Notes: generated by a model from the letters alone, not told the origin. 63,245 nucleotides of DNA, filler included, from Chiloscyllium plagiosum (GCF_004010195.1; 4 parts of one record of this genome joined end to end with filler, not necessarily neighbours in it); one strand, 5' to 3'; shown: positions 36,850-49,533, numbered from the whole stretch's first letter. Numbers and translations: made by a program.

Positions 36850-36949
36850 NNNNNNNNNNNNNNNNNNNNNNNNNNNNNNNNNNNNNNNNNNNNTTAATTA
36901 ATTAANNNNNNNNNNNNNNNNNNNNNNNNNNNNNNNNNNNNNNNNNNNN

Positions 36950-37449
36950 ATATCCACTGCTCTACCCTCATCCACATTCTTGGTCACCTCCTCAAAGAAT
37001 TCAATGTGACTTGTAAGGCAAGACCTACCCTTCACAAATCTGTGCTGGCTGTCCCTAATCAAGCAGTGCCTTTCCAGATAATGATAAATCCTATCCCTCA
37101 GTACCCTTTCCATTACTTTGCCTACCACTGAAGTAAGACTAACTGGCCTGTACTTCCCGGGGTTATCCCTATTCCCTTTTTTGAACAGGGGCACAACATT
37201 TGCCATTCTCCAGTTCCCTGGTACCACCCCCGTTGTCAGTGAAGATGAAAAGATCATTGCCAACGGCTCTGCAATTTCTTCTCTTGCTTCCCACATAATC
37301 CTAGGATATATCCCGTCAGGCCTGGGGGACTTGTCTATCCTCAAGTTTTTCAAAATGCCCAACACATCTTCCTTCCTAACAAGTATCTCTTCTAGCTTAC
37401 CAGTCCGTTTCACACTCTCCTCTTCAACAATACGGTCCCTCTCATTTGT
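36950..37449 (-). mobile_element. Young CR1 LINE RT fragment
   Basis: IDKSPRPDGIYPR..WRMANVVPLFKKGNRDNPGKYRPVSLTS. Confidence 0.92.
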
Positions 37450-37908
37450 AAAGATGAGGCGTTCTTCCTCCAGGCGTCTGGTGGTGAGGGAGTGGCGGTG
37501 GAGGAGGCCCAGGACCTCCATGTCCTCGGCAGAGTGGGAGGGGGAGTTGAAATGTTGGCCCACGGGCAGTGTGGTTGATTGGTGCGGGTGTCCCGGAGAT
37601 GTTCCCTAAAGCGCTCTGCTAGTAGGCGCCCAGTCTCCACAATGTAGAGGAGACCGCATCGGGAGCAACGGATACAATAAATGATATTAGTGGATGTGCA
37701 GGTAAAACTTTGATGGATGTGGAAGGCTCATTTAGGGCTTTGGATAGAGGTGAGGGAGGAGGTGTGAGTGCAGGTTTTACAGTTCCTGCAATGGCAGGGG
37801 AAGGTGCCAGGATGGGAGGGTGGGTTGCAGGGGGGCGTGGACCTGACCAGGTAGTCACGGAGGGAACGGTCTTTGCGGAAGGTGGAAAGGGGTGGGGAGG
37901 GAAATTGT
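37450..37908 (-). mobile_element. PLE GIY-YIG endonuclease fragment
   Basis: CHCRNCKTC..FTCTSTNIIYCIRCSRCGLLYIVETGRLLAERFREH..HFNSPSHS..EEERLIF. Confidence 0.9.
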
Positions 37909-38416
37909 CAGGATTACACAAACTGGAATAGAACAATGGGGCTGAATGGCCTGTTTCTATGCAGAACACAACAGAACTCTGTGCATTGAAAAGGATCAGG
38001 AATATTACATTTAATATGCTTGTCAATTGATACAATTATTTATTTATAGTTTTGTTTTTAATTTTGTGGCATTTCTTACAGTAAACTAACTAAACAGGTA
38101 GTAAAGTGTTGTCATTTTGAGGAAGAACTCCACAGCTGGCTGCACTACCATTTTATTTCCATTAGTGATGCTGTTCAACCAAAGTGTGCCACAACAGCAT
38201 CACATGGCTAATCTTTGTCCTAATTGCATTCACACACATTGTAATTCTTAGAATGCAAGCAGACAGACAGACAGACACACACACATGCACCTGATCGGCT
38301 TTACAATAGGCAGGTAAATTGCCTGGCTATCACTTACAGCCACAAAGGAAAGTCCTTACAATCTCATCTATTGAGACAAAAAAGTATTTTTAATTCTAAT
38401 TATTGCCATCTCTTAC

Positions 38417-38461
38417 CATTTCACCCTTGGGACCATCGATACCTTCTGCACCAGCAGGACC
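38417..38461 (-). CDS. Collagen exon, 45 bp (GPAGAEGIDGPKGEM)
   Basis: ...aaatctcttcAG|GGTCCTGCT...GAAATG|GTAAGA. Follows the 36-bp exon after a 106-bp intron. Confidence 0.94.
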
Positions 38462-38567
38462 CTGAAGAGATTTGTTTTAACACATTAAAAATCAGTGTGT
38501 AATACTTTAACACAAATATTGAAGGGACTGCATCATCATTTTAATACACTTCAAACCAAGAACTTAC

Positions 38568-38603
38568 TTGTTCACCTTTACCACCAGACAAACCTACAGC
38601 ACC
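38568..38603 (-). CDS. Collagen exon, 36 bp (GAVGLSGGKGEQ)
   Basis: ...tgtttgtttgttttcAG|GGTGCTGTA...GAACAA|GTAAGT. Also visible at the end of ORF 38541..38942. Confidence 0.93.
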
Positions 38604-38955
38604 CTGAAAACAAACAAACAATATAACAGTAAATGAAATGGATTTTTCAGATTTGAAAGCATTTACTGAGAGAAATAGACAGCTAGTCTGACCTATAAAA
38701 AGATAGGTAGAATACACCACAACTCCTGAGAAGGAAATAAAGACAAACAAATACATGACAACATCTTGTCCCAAATTTTTCAAGAATGACAGAACTGAGC
38801 TGGAGTTATACGCAATGCAAACTTTGTGAAGTGATAAATTATTTCTCTCAATGTGAATTAACTGTGGATATGAAGAAATGGTACATCGGGAGCTGTTACT
38901 GCCTTGTGGAATGTTGCATGTCAGCTGGAGGCAAATGAACAATTCTCAAAAGGAT

Positions 38956-40102
38956 TTGGATACCATCATTACACGTGGGGACACCTCCCACCTTGTGCAT
39001 GGCAGGTACTCATGTGACTCAGCCAACGTTGTCTATCTTATATGTTGCAGGCAAGGATGCCCGGAGGCATGGTACATTGGGGAAACTGAGCAAAGGCTAC
39101 AACAACGGGTGAATGGGCACCGCACAACAATCAACAGACAGGAGGATTCCCTCCCAGTTGGGGAACACTTCAGTGGTCCAGGACATCCAGCCTCGGACCT
39201 TCGGGTGACCATCCTCCAAGGTGGACTTCGGGACAGGCAACAGAGAAAAGTGGCCAAGTAGAGGCTGATAGCATAGGGAGGGCCTCAACCGGGACCTTAG
39301 GTTCATGTCACATTACAGGTGACCACCATTGCACTATACACAAACACAGATACTCCTACACACACACACACTCACACACACAGGCACTCCTATACACACA
39401 TACATACGGACACACAGATACACAGACACTCACACGCACCCTTACAGACACCCACACTCACACAGGCTTCCGCACAGAGACGTGGACCACTCTACACTCA
39501 TGCACACACATGTACACTCTCTCTCACAGACACTCACAGCCCCCCACCCCAGACACGCACACACACTGCCACACTCACACATGCATCCCCTCACAGACTT
39601 AAGACACTCTTCATCTACACACACATAAACACTCCCTCTCACACTCACAACCCCCAACCCAAACAAACACACACATACACAAACAGACGACCTACATCTA
39701 TGCAGATTTTTTGTGGGGTGAATTTGTACTTGCAGAGTTGCATTGTACTTTGCTCAAAAACTGCATGAATTCATGTAAAACTCTATGTTCTCACTTTTCA
39801 GATTAGAATCAATCTAAACATCATGGCATAGACAGAGAACACAGGGGGCTAACACCTTTCACATATTGTCTAGCTAGCACTTATGTTGCAAACTATCACT
39901 GTATTCTAACAGATGAAAGGCTTAACAGACAATCAATTTTTCAATGTATAATTTCAGTTACATCACACTGTAAATTTTTGCTATAAATTCTGTGTTAGGA
40001 TTGAGCCCTCCACTATCACCTGATGAAGGAGTGTCGCTCCGAAAGCTAGTGTGCTTCCAATTAAACCTGTTGGACTATAACCTGGTGTTGTATGATTTTT
40101 AA
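38956..40102 (+). mobile_element. 5'-truncated PLE family B (GIY-YIG domain, CA-rich tract, pLTR), 11-bp TSD
   Basis: YSCDSANVVYLICCRQGCPEAWYIGETEQRLQQRVNGH..VGEHFS. TSD ctcaaaaggat at 38945-38955 and 40103-40113. Confidence 0.92.
40017..40051 (+). ncRNA. Minimal hammerhead ribozyme motif (family B), intact
   Basis: CAC-CTGATGA-A-GGAGT-GTC-GCTCC-GAAA-GC-TA-GTG. Stem I CAC/GTG, 5-bp stem II, palindromic AGCT stem III, CUA site. Confidence 0.8.
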
Positions 40103-41099
40103 CTCAAAAGGATAGCAGTTTGGGGTCAAAAGGAAACTTAAAGTGCAGATAATAATGAAAGTGAACTCTTTGATTGCAGCAGACTCAGTGATAGAGCTGA
40201 AGACTCTGTCAAAGGATCTGTTTGCTCTTTTGGAGGTGGTAACCCAGCCATAGCAATAGATTCCAATAAAATGCACATCTCTACTGCCATGGCGGCTTGC
40301 TCCATGAAGTCCAAAGCCACTAATCCAGCGTATTGCCCTGGTGCACTTAGTGCTCCCACTTTGTGACATGCTGTCCCGATATGATCTTGAGTCAATGGAC
40401 CAATTCCCAATTGGCAGTGGAAGAGAATGGAAGCAGATATGGTTGTGGGCAGGATTTGAAAACTGTGTTCCCAGATCATAGCCCTGGGGCCCACCACCTC
40501 TGAAATAGCTTACAATTTTTGGAGGTTCTGCAGGGGAAAAGAAATGGGAAAGTCACTCACCAGCACATACAGCCTCCTAAAGCTCTTCAGGAAGTTAAAG
40601 GGTCTGGCTAGAATTAAATGGGACTTTTAATTGTTTTATCAAATCAAGTCAAACAGTCTGAGACATGTTTATACACAGATGTTGGGGCCATCAGGGGCAA
40701 AAGAAATGCAATTTCCATTTATATTTCAGTTTAACTGATTTTGAGGAGTCAACTGTACCGTAACGTGGCAACCATGGCCACGTTTTGCTGTCTTTACACC
40801 ACCATAGCCTTTCTAGGAGCAGCCAACTCTCCACTGCAAGGCTGCAGCAGGCCCTAAAATGGCTGCCACTTGCCTTTGGAGGTCCACAACTCTTTTAAAT
40901 GGGCATTGAGACTGCCTTGAGCCCAATAAGCCTATTTCCATTTAGAATCATCGTCATTCACGCAAAGGGTCAAGGCACTGAATTCTTCCAATTTTCAGTT
41001 TCTTACCACAATTTGTAATTCCAGTTCAATGGGTTTAATGAAGTAGAAGACTGTGAAGTATCACTGTAGCAGTATCAGGGATAAGTAGGACAAAAAATC

Positions 41100-41965
41100 T
41101 CTTAGCCAAGAAATGAATCTCATGTCAATCTTTCTCACAGAGCAAGGGCTATGGGAGGAAGAAGAAAGAAGACGCTACCCAGGCTATGAGAAAGGAGAGG
41201 TAAGTAAGACACAACAAAAGATGTAATATTGGTAAGGAGAAGGTATCAGAAAAGCTGTCTGTTCTTAAGGAAGATGAGAAGTATCCAAGGATACTGAGGG
41301 AAATGAGAGTGGGAATTGTAGAAACATTAGTCATAATTTTTCAAACTTCCTGATTTGTAGGTAATACCAGAAGCCCAGAGAATGCAAAAGTAATCCCCCG
41401 TTCATAAAAAGTGCAGCAAGGTAAGCTCAGCAAACCCGACTGTTGAAGAAACAGTAATTTGAAGCAAAATTAACAGTCACGTGAACAAATAGAGATTAAA
41501 CAAATCCGGCATAGATTTCCTCAAGAAAAATTATGTTGAACTAACATGGAGTGAGTTGATGAGGATGATGCAGTTGATGAGGCATATACTTCCAAAAGGC
41601 ATATGATTCAGTACCATACGCCCACTTGTAGATATAGTTCACATAAGAAAAGGGACAGGAGCAACATGGACATAAAATTGGTTGAGTAGTAGTCAATAGG
41701 CATTTTTTGGGCATTGTAAACAGTGAGAAAATCAGTTCAGAATGTCAGAAAGACATTAACAAGTAGTTAGAGTGGCAGATATGTGGTAGATGAGGTTGAA
41801 TTTAAAGTGATTAAATTTGGTAGGGAGAACATGGAGAGACAACATAAAATAAAGGCCACAACTCTAGAAAGGGTGCAACAGCAGACAGACCTGGCTATGT
41901 GTGTGTGTAAGCCATTAAAGATGACAGGACAGATTAAGAGGTCAGTTAATAAAGCACAACGCTGA
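41100..41965 (+). mobile_element. Heavily decayed CR1 LINE RT region
   Basis: YPRILREMRVGIVETLVIIFQ..; KVIKFGREN..TLERVQQQTDL. Confidence 0.7.
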
Positions 41966-42092
41966 CAATGTTATAGATGATATTTCCTTTAAGAATGAAA
42001 CACAGCATACTCCAGACATGGTAAACAGAAGCTGATGCTCCCTGCTCTTAGCATATATTTAAGGGCTATTTTATCTATATAAAAAAAGGGAT

Positions 42093-42712
42093 GGTCTTTG
42101 GTGCAGTGTTAGTATCTCTACCTCATAGCCACAGGCCTTGGGTTCAATTCCCACCTAATCCTGAGTATACTTTAAAATCTCTGCACAGGTAAATACAGAA
42201 TTTGAGAAGCAAGTCTGAGAGATTCTTGACAAAAAAAGGGGCTGGTTTGTATGACCCTTGTAGTGCAGTGGTAGTATTCCTACCTCTGAGCCACCTCTTT
42301 GATGTTGTTTATAAAATATCAAGGGCTGGTTAGTTAGCAGTGCTTGTTACATACTGTTTGTTTTAATTTGTTGATTTGATGGGGGAGTCTATTAAAATAA
42401 GGATTGATTTGTGAGTGTGCACTGCACAGGCTAGAATGTATTGTCTCCCCCTTCATCGTCATTTTGATTTAGTTTCCTCCCTTATTTTCCAACTGTCCTT
42501 CAATGTTATGACTATTGCACTATAGCCAGTGGGCAGTGTTGTTATTTGTTGTTTGTTTTACTTGCAATAATTAGGTGATTTAGTAGTGAGTTTATCAAAT
42601 TAAAAGAGGAGGAGCAATGTTTGTGTCCTTAGTTCTGAGTCAGGAGATCCAGGTTCAAGTCTTACTTACTTCATTGCTATGTAAAAACATCTCTGAACAA
42701 GTTGAGAACGTG
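42093..42712 (+). mobile_element. Cluster of three short (~110 bp) tRNA-derived SINEs; other copies 44697-44805(+), 62365-62480(+), 62925-63030(-)
   Basis: Shared pattern tagtgcagtggtagt..cctacctctgagcc..GGTTCAAGTCC..acc..ctccagag..atctctgaa..gttgat. Confidence 0.65.
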
Positions 42713-42771
42713 TTTAACTAAAAGGGATGGCTTCTTATAGTAATAGTTAAAACAAGTCATTTTTGTTAAAT

Positions 42772-42950
42772 TAAAAACCAAATGAACTGCAGATGCTGTA
42801 AATCAGAAACAAAAATAGAAGTTTCTGGAAAAGCTCACGAGGTCTGGCCCTTTCTGAGGAAGGGTCACCGGACCCAAAACATTAACGCTGACTTCTCTTC
42901 TCAGATGTTGTCAGACCTGCTGAGCTTTTTCAGCAACTTCTGTTTTTTTA
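42772..42950. mobile_element. PLE family D fold-back mini-element with a CpG-decayed hammerhead at the junction
   Basis: Inverted arms. CTGAGGA-A-GGGTC-ACCG-GACCC-aAAA-Ca-TT at 42854-42883. Confidence 0.8.
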
Positions 42951-43264
42951 ATTGAAAATATGGCTGATTGTCTGTCCCTGGTGGGTACTGCCTGAAATTT
43001 GATTAATTGAGATGTTTGTTAAATTACTGGCTTCACCTCCTAAGAGGACTTGATGTAAAGGAAGTGAGCAGACTGGGGTTTTTATTGAACTATGAGATGC
43101 AAGTAAACGGTTGTGGAAGATGGACTGACTAGCTTTCTGTGTCAGTATATGAATGAAGCTAGCAATATAACAACAGTATCTGAGGCTGTTTTAATCAAGC
43201 CATGTAGTGCAAGAGAAAGGAGGTCATGTTGTACTGATTTAGCACACTGGTTCAAATCAACTGG

Positions 43265-44290
43265 AGTTGATCCACTTCTGGGTGCCACACTGTAAGAAGG
43301 TTGTGAAGGCACTACAGAAAGTGTAGAAAAGATTTGTTCCAGGTGTGAAGAACGTCAGCCTGGTTTCCTTGGAGAGAAGAATAAGAAGAATAGATTTGAT
43401 CAAGGTGTTCAAAACCTTGAGGGGTTTGGACAAAATACAGAGGAAGAAACCGTACCCACTCATAAAGGGATCAAGAACGAAAGACACAGATTTCAAATAA
43501 TTGGTAAAAGAAGCAAAAATTGTATGAGAATCACTATCTCACATAGTGAATGGTTCACAGCCTTAGAGTGTAGTGGAGGCAGGTTCAACTGTAACTATAA
43601 CCGCATTGGTGAGACCACACCTGGAATATTGTGCACAGTTTTGGTCCCCTTATTTGAGGAAAAATGTAATGACATTGGAGGCAGTTCAGAGGGGTTTCAC
43701 TAGATTGATCCCAGAGATGAGAGGTTTGTCGTATGAAGAAAGATTGAATAGTTCAGGCCTACACTCTGGAATTTAGAAGAACAAGGGGAGATCAAATTAA
43801 GGTATTCAAGATTATATGGATAAAATAGACGTGGAACAGATGCTTCCTCTTGTGGGGCATTCAGGAGGAGAGGCCATCATATTAGGATAAGGGGTAGCAA
43901 ATTTAAAACAGAGTTGAGGTGAAACTACTTCTCCCAAAGGGTTGTGAATCTGTGGAATTCGCTACCACAAAATGCGGTAGACATTGGGACAATGCTAAAT
44001 TTAAGGAGAAGTTAGACAGATCTTTAATTGACAATGGGTTGAAGGGTTATGGGGAGAAGACAGAAAAATGGGGATGAGGAACATATTAGCCATGATCGAA
44101 TGGCAGAGCAGATTTGATGGGTCAAATGGCTTAATTCTGCTCTTATATCTTATGGACTTATGAAATGCTGCATTCAAAAAGATTAGACTGTTAATTGAAA
44201 AGGAAGAATTTGCAGGGAGAATATAACAAAGAACTAATACAGACATGTTGGACTGAATGGCTTCCTCCTGCACTGTAACCATTCTATGAG
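43265..44290 (+). mobile_element. Two nested CR1 LINE 3' fragments (inner ~43590-44160)
   Basis: ALVRPHLEYCAQFWSPYLRK..; the outer copy resumes at ~44165. Confidence 0.8.
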
Positions 44291-45494
44291 CCTAGCTATC
44301 ATAGAATGATACCAGACAAAAGGTACCATTCATCCCATCATTAAATTGCTGGTTCTTTGAATCATCTATCAAGTGAGTCCCACTGTACCTCTCTTTCCAC
44401 ACAGCCCTGCAAATTTTGGCCTTACCAGTATTTATCCAATTAATTTTTTTGAAGTTAATATCAATTTAGCACTTGGTACTTTTGTGAATGACCTTAATCC
44501 TGGGTCCTCTGTTTCACTGAGCCCTCATCATGGGCAAGATCCTTTGGTAGTAATCACCAGGAAGTGGGAGAAACATATATTCCTCAAGGGACACATAAGT
44601 CATAGTAAACTAATAACGTGCAGCTAGCTGGTCTACTGCCCCATATAATGTATCAGTATGAAGATTCAGAGTGCATACAGTAGATAATACATAATATCTT
44701 TGTAGTGCAGTGGGAGAATGCCTACCTCTGGGCAAGGAAACCTGATTCAAGTCCCACCTTCTCCAGAGGTGAATCATAAACCTCTGAAAAAGTTGATGGA
44801 AAAACTTTACATTGATGGGGAGTGAGAGTCACCAGCGCTTTCAACACTTATACTGTATAGATGCATTTGGCACAGTTTGGGTGGTCAGCCGTTTTGCCCT
44901 TCATGAAAAGGAAACAACAGAGGCCCTGTTAATTGACCAAGTACTCATTTGATATGGCAGACACAGAACAAGCAGACTGATTGAATGGAACTGATAAGGC
45001 ATCTCACAGAAGGCTTGCTGCAAGCAATTTGAATTATGGCACAACAGAAAAGTTAGAGCATGGACCGAAACATTCAAGTAGATGTGTCTATTTGAATTGA
45101 TGAAAGAATTGGAATTGACGTACTCCAGTGGTGAATGCAAACATATATTTGGAACAGATGTAGACCATTCGGTTCCTCGAACCTGCTCTGCCAATCAATA
45201 AAATTGTGACTGATCTGTTTCAAATTTCACATTCCCACTATTTCATTAGGGTTTAGAAGAATGAAAGGAGATTTAGTTAAGATATATAAGATACTAAAAA
45301 GGATTGACAAAGCCAGAATCGATTGGATGTTTCCCCAGAATGAATCAGAGGCAAAGGAGTGAGAGATCTAAAACAGAAATGAGGAGGAATTATTTCTCTC
45401 AAAGGGTCATGAATCTGTAGAATTCATTACCCCAGAGTGCAGTGGACACCAGAACACAGAGTAAATTCCCGGCTATCGCAAGCTGTGAACTTGT

Positions 45495-45817
45495 GGGCAG
45501 CACGGTGGCACAGTGGTTAGCACTGCTGCCTCACAGCGCCAGACACCCAGGTTCAATTCCTGCCTCAGGCAACTGTCTGTGTGGAATTTGCATGTTCTCC
45601 CTGTGTCAGCGTGGGTTTCCTACGGGTGCTCCGGTTTCCTCCCACGTTCCAAAAATGTGCAGATTAGGTGAATTGGCCATGTTAAATTGCCCATGGTGTT
45701 AGGTGGAGGGGTAAATCTAGGGGAATGGGTCTGGGTGGGTTGCTCTTCGGAGGGTCGGTGTGGACTTGTTGGGCCAAAGGGCCTGTTTCCACACTGTAAG
45801 TAATCTAATCTAATCTA
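45495..45817 (+). mobile_element. HE1-type V-SINE, full length
   Basis: A/B boxes, V domain, (taatc)n tail, short TSD taaatt. Confidence 0.92.
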
Positions 45818-45865
45818 AATTTAAGGAAGAGATAGACAGACATTTAGTAATTGGTTTAAAAGAGT

Positions 45866-47764
45866 TAGCGAGTTTTGAGAAGATTTGTAGCTCAGGTTGA
45901 GGTTCTGGATGTAGATTTGCTCGAGTGAGCGTGACCTCGGTGGTGGGCAAGTTATTGGATGGAATCCTGAAGGACAGGATGTACATGTATTTGGAAAGGC
46001 AAGGACTGATTATGGATAGTCAACATGGCTTTGTGCGTGGAAATCATGTCTCACAAACTTGATTGAGTTTTTTGAAGAAGTAACAAAGAGATTTGATGAG
46101 GGCAGAGCAGTAGATGGGAGACTGATTAGCAAGGTTAGATCTCATGGAATAAAGGGAGAACTAGCCATTTGGATACAGAACTGGCTTAAAGATAGAAGAC
46201 AGAGGGTGGTGGTGGAAGGTTGTTTTTCAGACTGGAGGCCTGTGAACAGTGGAGTGCCACAAGGATCGGTACTGGGTCCTCTACTTGTTGTTATTTACAT
46301 TAATGATTTGGATGCGAGCATAACAGGTACAGTTAAAAAGTTTGCAGGTGACACCAAAATTGGAGGTGTAGTGGACAGCGAAGAGGGTTACCTCAGATTA
46401 CAACAGAATCTTGACCAGATGGGCCAATGGGCTGAGAAGTGGCTGATGGAGTTTAATTCAGATAAATGTGAATGCAGGTGCTGCATTTCGGGAAAGCAAA
46501 TCTTAGCAGGACTTATACACTGAATGCTAAGGTCCTAGAGAGTGTTGCTGAACAAAGAGACCTTGGAGTGCAGGTTCATAGCTCCTTGAAAGTGGAGTCG
46601 CAGGTAGATAGGATAGTGAAGAAGGTGTTTGGTATGCTTTCCTTTATTGGTCAGAGTATTGAGTACAGGAGTTGGGAGGTCATGTTGCGGCTGTACATGA
46701 CATTGGTTAGGCCACTGTTGGAATATTGCTTGCAATTCTGGTCTCCTTCCTACCAGAAAGATGTTGTGAAACTTGAAAGGGTTCAGAAAAGATTTACAAG
46801 GATATTGCCAGGGTTGGAGGATTTCAGCTATGGGAGAGGCTGAACAGGCTGGGGCTGTTTTCCCTGGAGTGTTAGAGGCTGAGGCGTGACCTTATAGAAG
46901 TTTACAAAATTATGATGGGCTTGATAGAGTAAATAGGCAAAGTCTTTTCCCTGGGGTCGGGGAGTCCAGAACTAGAGGGCATAGGTTTAGGGTGAGAGGG
47001 GGAAGATATAAAAGAGACCTAAGGGGCAGCTTTTTCATGCAAAGGGTGATACATGTATGGAATGAACTGCCAGAGGACAATTGCAACATTTGAGAGGCAT
47101 TTGGATGGGTATATGAATAGGAAGGGTTTGGAGGGATATGGGCCGGGTGCTAGCAGGTGGGACGAGATTGGGTTGGGATAACTGGTCGGCATGGATGGTT
47201 TGGACCGAAGGGTCTGTTTCCATGCTGTACATCTCTGTGACTCTATGACTCTATGCTCGCTGAGCTGCAAGGTTCGGTTTCAGACGTTTCATCATCATAC
47301 TAGGTAACATCTTCTGTGAGCCTCCGAATGAAGCACTGGTGGTGTATCCCACTTTCTATTTATACGTTTGAGTTTCCTTGGGTTGGTGATGTCATTTCCT
47401 GTGGTGATATCATTTCCAATGGTGATGTCATTTCCTGTGGTGATATCATTTCCAATGGTGATGCCATTTCCTGTTTTTTTTCTTAGGGTGTGGTAGACAT
47501 TTGGCTGTTTGTTCTATCAACAAACACATTTGACTTGGATCTATCTACCACCCTTTGAGAAAAAGAACAGGAAATGGCATCACCCACAGGAAATGATGTC
47601 ACCACAGAAAATGACATCACCAACCCAAGGAGACTCAAACAATTACATAGAAAGCAGGCTACATCACCAGTGCTTCATTCGGAGGGTCACTGAAGAAGTT
47701 ATCTAGTATGGTGATAAAAAGTCTGGAAATGAACCTTCCACCTCAGCGAGCAAACTTACATCCA
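45866..47764. mobile_element. PLE family C fold-back element (13-bp TSD) containing a young CR1 LINE at 45931-47254
   Basis: TSD ggtttaaaagagt at 45853-45865 and 47765-47777. Inverted arms with 18-bp tandem repeats and decayed hammerheads (47281-47320 -, 47688-47725 +). Confidence 0.82.
45931..47254 (+). mobile_element. Young 5'-truncated CR1/HER1 LINE
   Basis: ORFs 46059-46523 and 46472-46843 (SGVPQGSVLGP, FAGDTK, LVRPLLEYC). Imperfect TSD gctcgagtgagc/gctcgctgagc. Confidence 0.93.
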
Positions 47765-49461
47765 GGTTTAAAAGAGTGATGGACAGCGGGTAGGAAAGTA
47801 CAATTGAAGATGAAATGAGGTATTGAATGTCGTATTGAATGGTGGAGCAGCCCTAAGGGGCTGAATTGCCCATTCCTGCTCCTAGTTCTTACGTTCTCAT
47901 TTGATTGTCCTGTCAATCAAGAATCTATCCACTTCTGTCTTAAAAATATTCAATGACAACACCTCCACCACCTTCTGAGGCAAAGAGTTCCAAAGCTGCA
48001 GGACTCTCTGAGAGAAAGAAAATCTCCTCATCCTTCTTCTCAAAGGGTCCACTTTTCTTTGAACGTTAACAGAAGATTTGGATGTGGGCACAATTTCTGA
48101 ATTTGCTGATGGTACAAGAATAAGACAAAGATGTGAACATAATGTGAGGACATTAGATAATATAATTTAGAGGAAAACACAAAACAGGAGAATCTACTTA
48201 ATAGAAATATGTAGTTGAAGAATTCATATGAGTAGGAACCTAAAGCTAATAGAATTAAATTTCTAAAAGTGAAAGTGGGCAAGTAAACTGACTGAAAAAG
48301 ACCAAAGACATTTTGAATAAAAGAACAAAATGATTATAACAGATCTGCACTAGATGATATTTGGACACAGAATATCAAATACTGTATTGAACAGCTCATA
48401 GTTAGACAGCCCATAGTTGCACTGGACTGCAAAGGCATTGAGAGTATACAGCATTATTTCACAGTGATGACATAGCTCATGGGAAGAGATGTGCAGTTAT
48501 TTCAATTAGAGAAGATTAAGTGGAAACTTATTTGAGATTCTTAAAATTATGAGGCATTTTTATTTGGCTGACAGAGGAAAGTCCAATTCCTCCTGACTCA
48601 AGTTTTAGTGACAGAAAAGGTCATCAGTCATGAATAGGAAAAGCAAGGAGAAACCTCTGCACGCAAGTGTTGTAGGACTGGGGGCTGATTAAATACAGTG
48701 AGCAGCTGGAACACAGACCATCACACCTTTTAAAGAAAGAATAAACAAATGATAGAAGATCATTTCTCTGAGAGAAAACAAGGCCATTGGTTTAATTTTA
48801 TATAATTCTGGCAAAGAGCCAGCATAGACACAACAGGCTTTAGGATTTCCTCACTGTGTTTCAGTCATCTACAGTTTGAACTACTGCAGAATCTTTTCAT
48901 AGATACACTCACTGAGAACTGTTAAAGAATATTTACTGCTTAAGCACTGACCTTTTCTTTCAAGCCAATGAATGTTACATCTTTGTTGTTAGCAGTTCAT
49001 TTAATCTCAAGAACAGAAAGAAAAATTGGGAAACTCTGCATTTAACTAAGGATAAGAATTTTCGTCCCAGTATAATTCATTGTATCCACTTCATTCAGAG
49101 TTAATGTTTGAGAATTTCTTAAAGAGAAAATTCAACAAAATTCCTCATTCATCAAAGTATTTTTTCATGAAATTACAAAATTACATGTGTCAAAAATTAA
49201 AACTGCTCTCAGCATTAAGCATAATCATAAGGATCTCCCTCTCTCTCTCTCTTTCTCACTCAAACTCTCCATCCCTTTCACTCTCACATCATCCCTAGAT
49301 GAGATCTACCTCCATCTACCTCCATCGCTTTGATTCTCCTTTGACCCAGACAAATGCACAGCTTTGAATAACAACTGCAACACAGAACTTCCTGAGTGTT
49401 GGAGGGTAACTTAAGATTCTGATTTATTCCTGAGCTCTGAGTACAAAAAGAAGCTTCTTAC

Positions 49462-49533
49462 CCGATCTCCTTTAGCACCTGGCAAACCAGCTGGACCCGG
49501 AAGACCAGGATAGCCAATATCACCAATGGGACC
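49462..49533 (-). CDS. Collagen exon, 72 bp (GPIGDIGYPGLPGPAGLPGAKGDR)
   Basis: ...cctgaacattgtAG|GGTCCCATT...GATCGG|GTAAGA. Eight Gly-X-Y triplets, phase 0. Confidence 0.95.

Noticed and set aside
39319..39768. His/Thr-rich ORFs (also 14803-15347)
   Set aside because: Translations of degenerate CA microsatellite within PLE 3' UTRs.
47380..47475. 18/36-bp periodic repeat resembling a repeat-spacer array
   Set aside because: No unique spacers; it is a minisatellite inside a PLE arm in a eukaryotic genome, not CRISPR.
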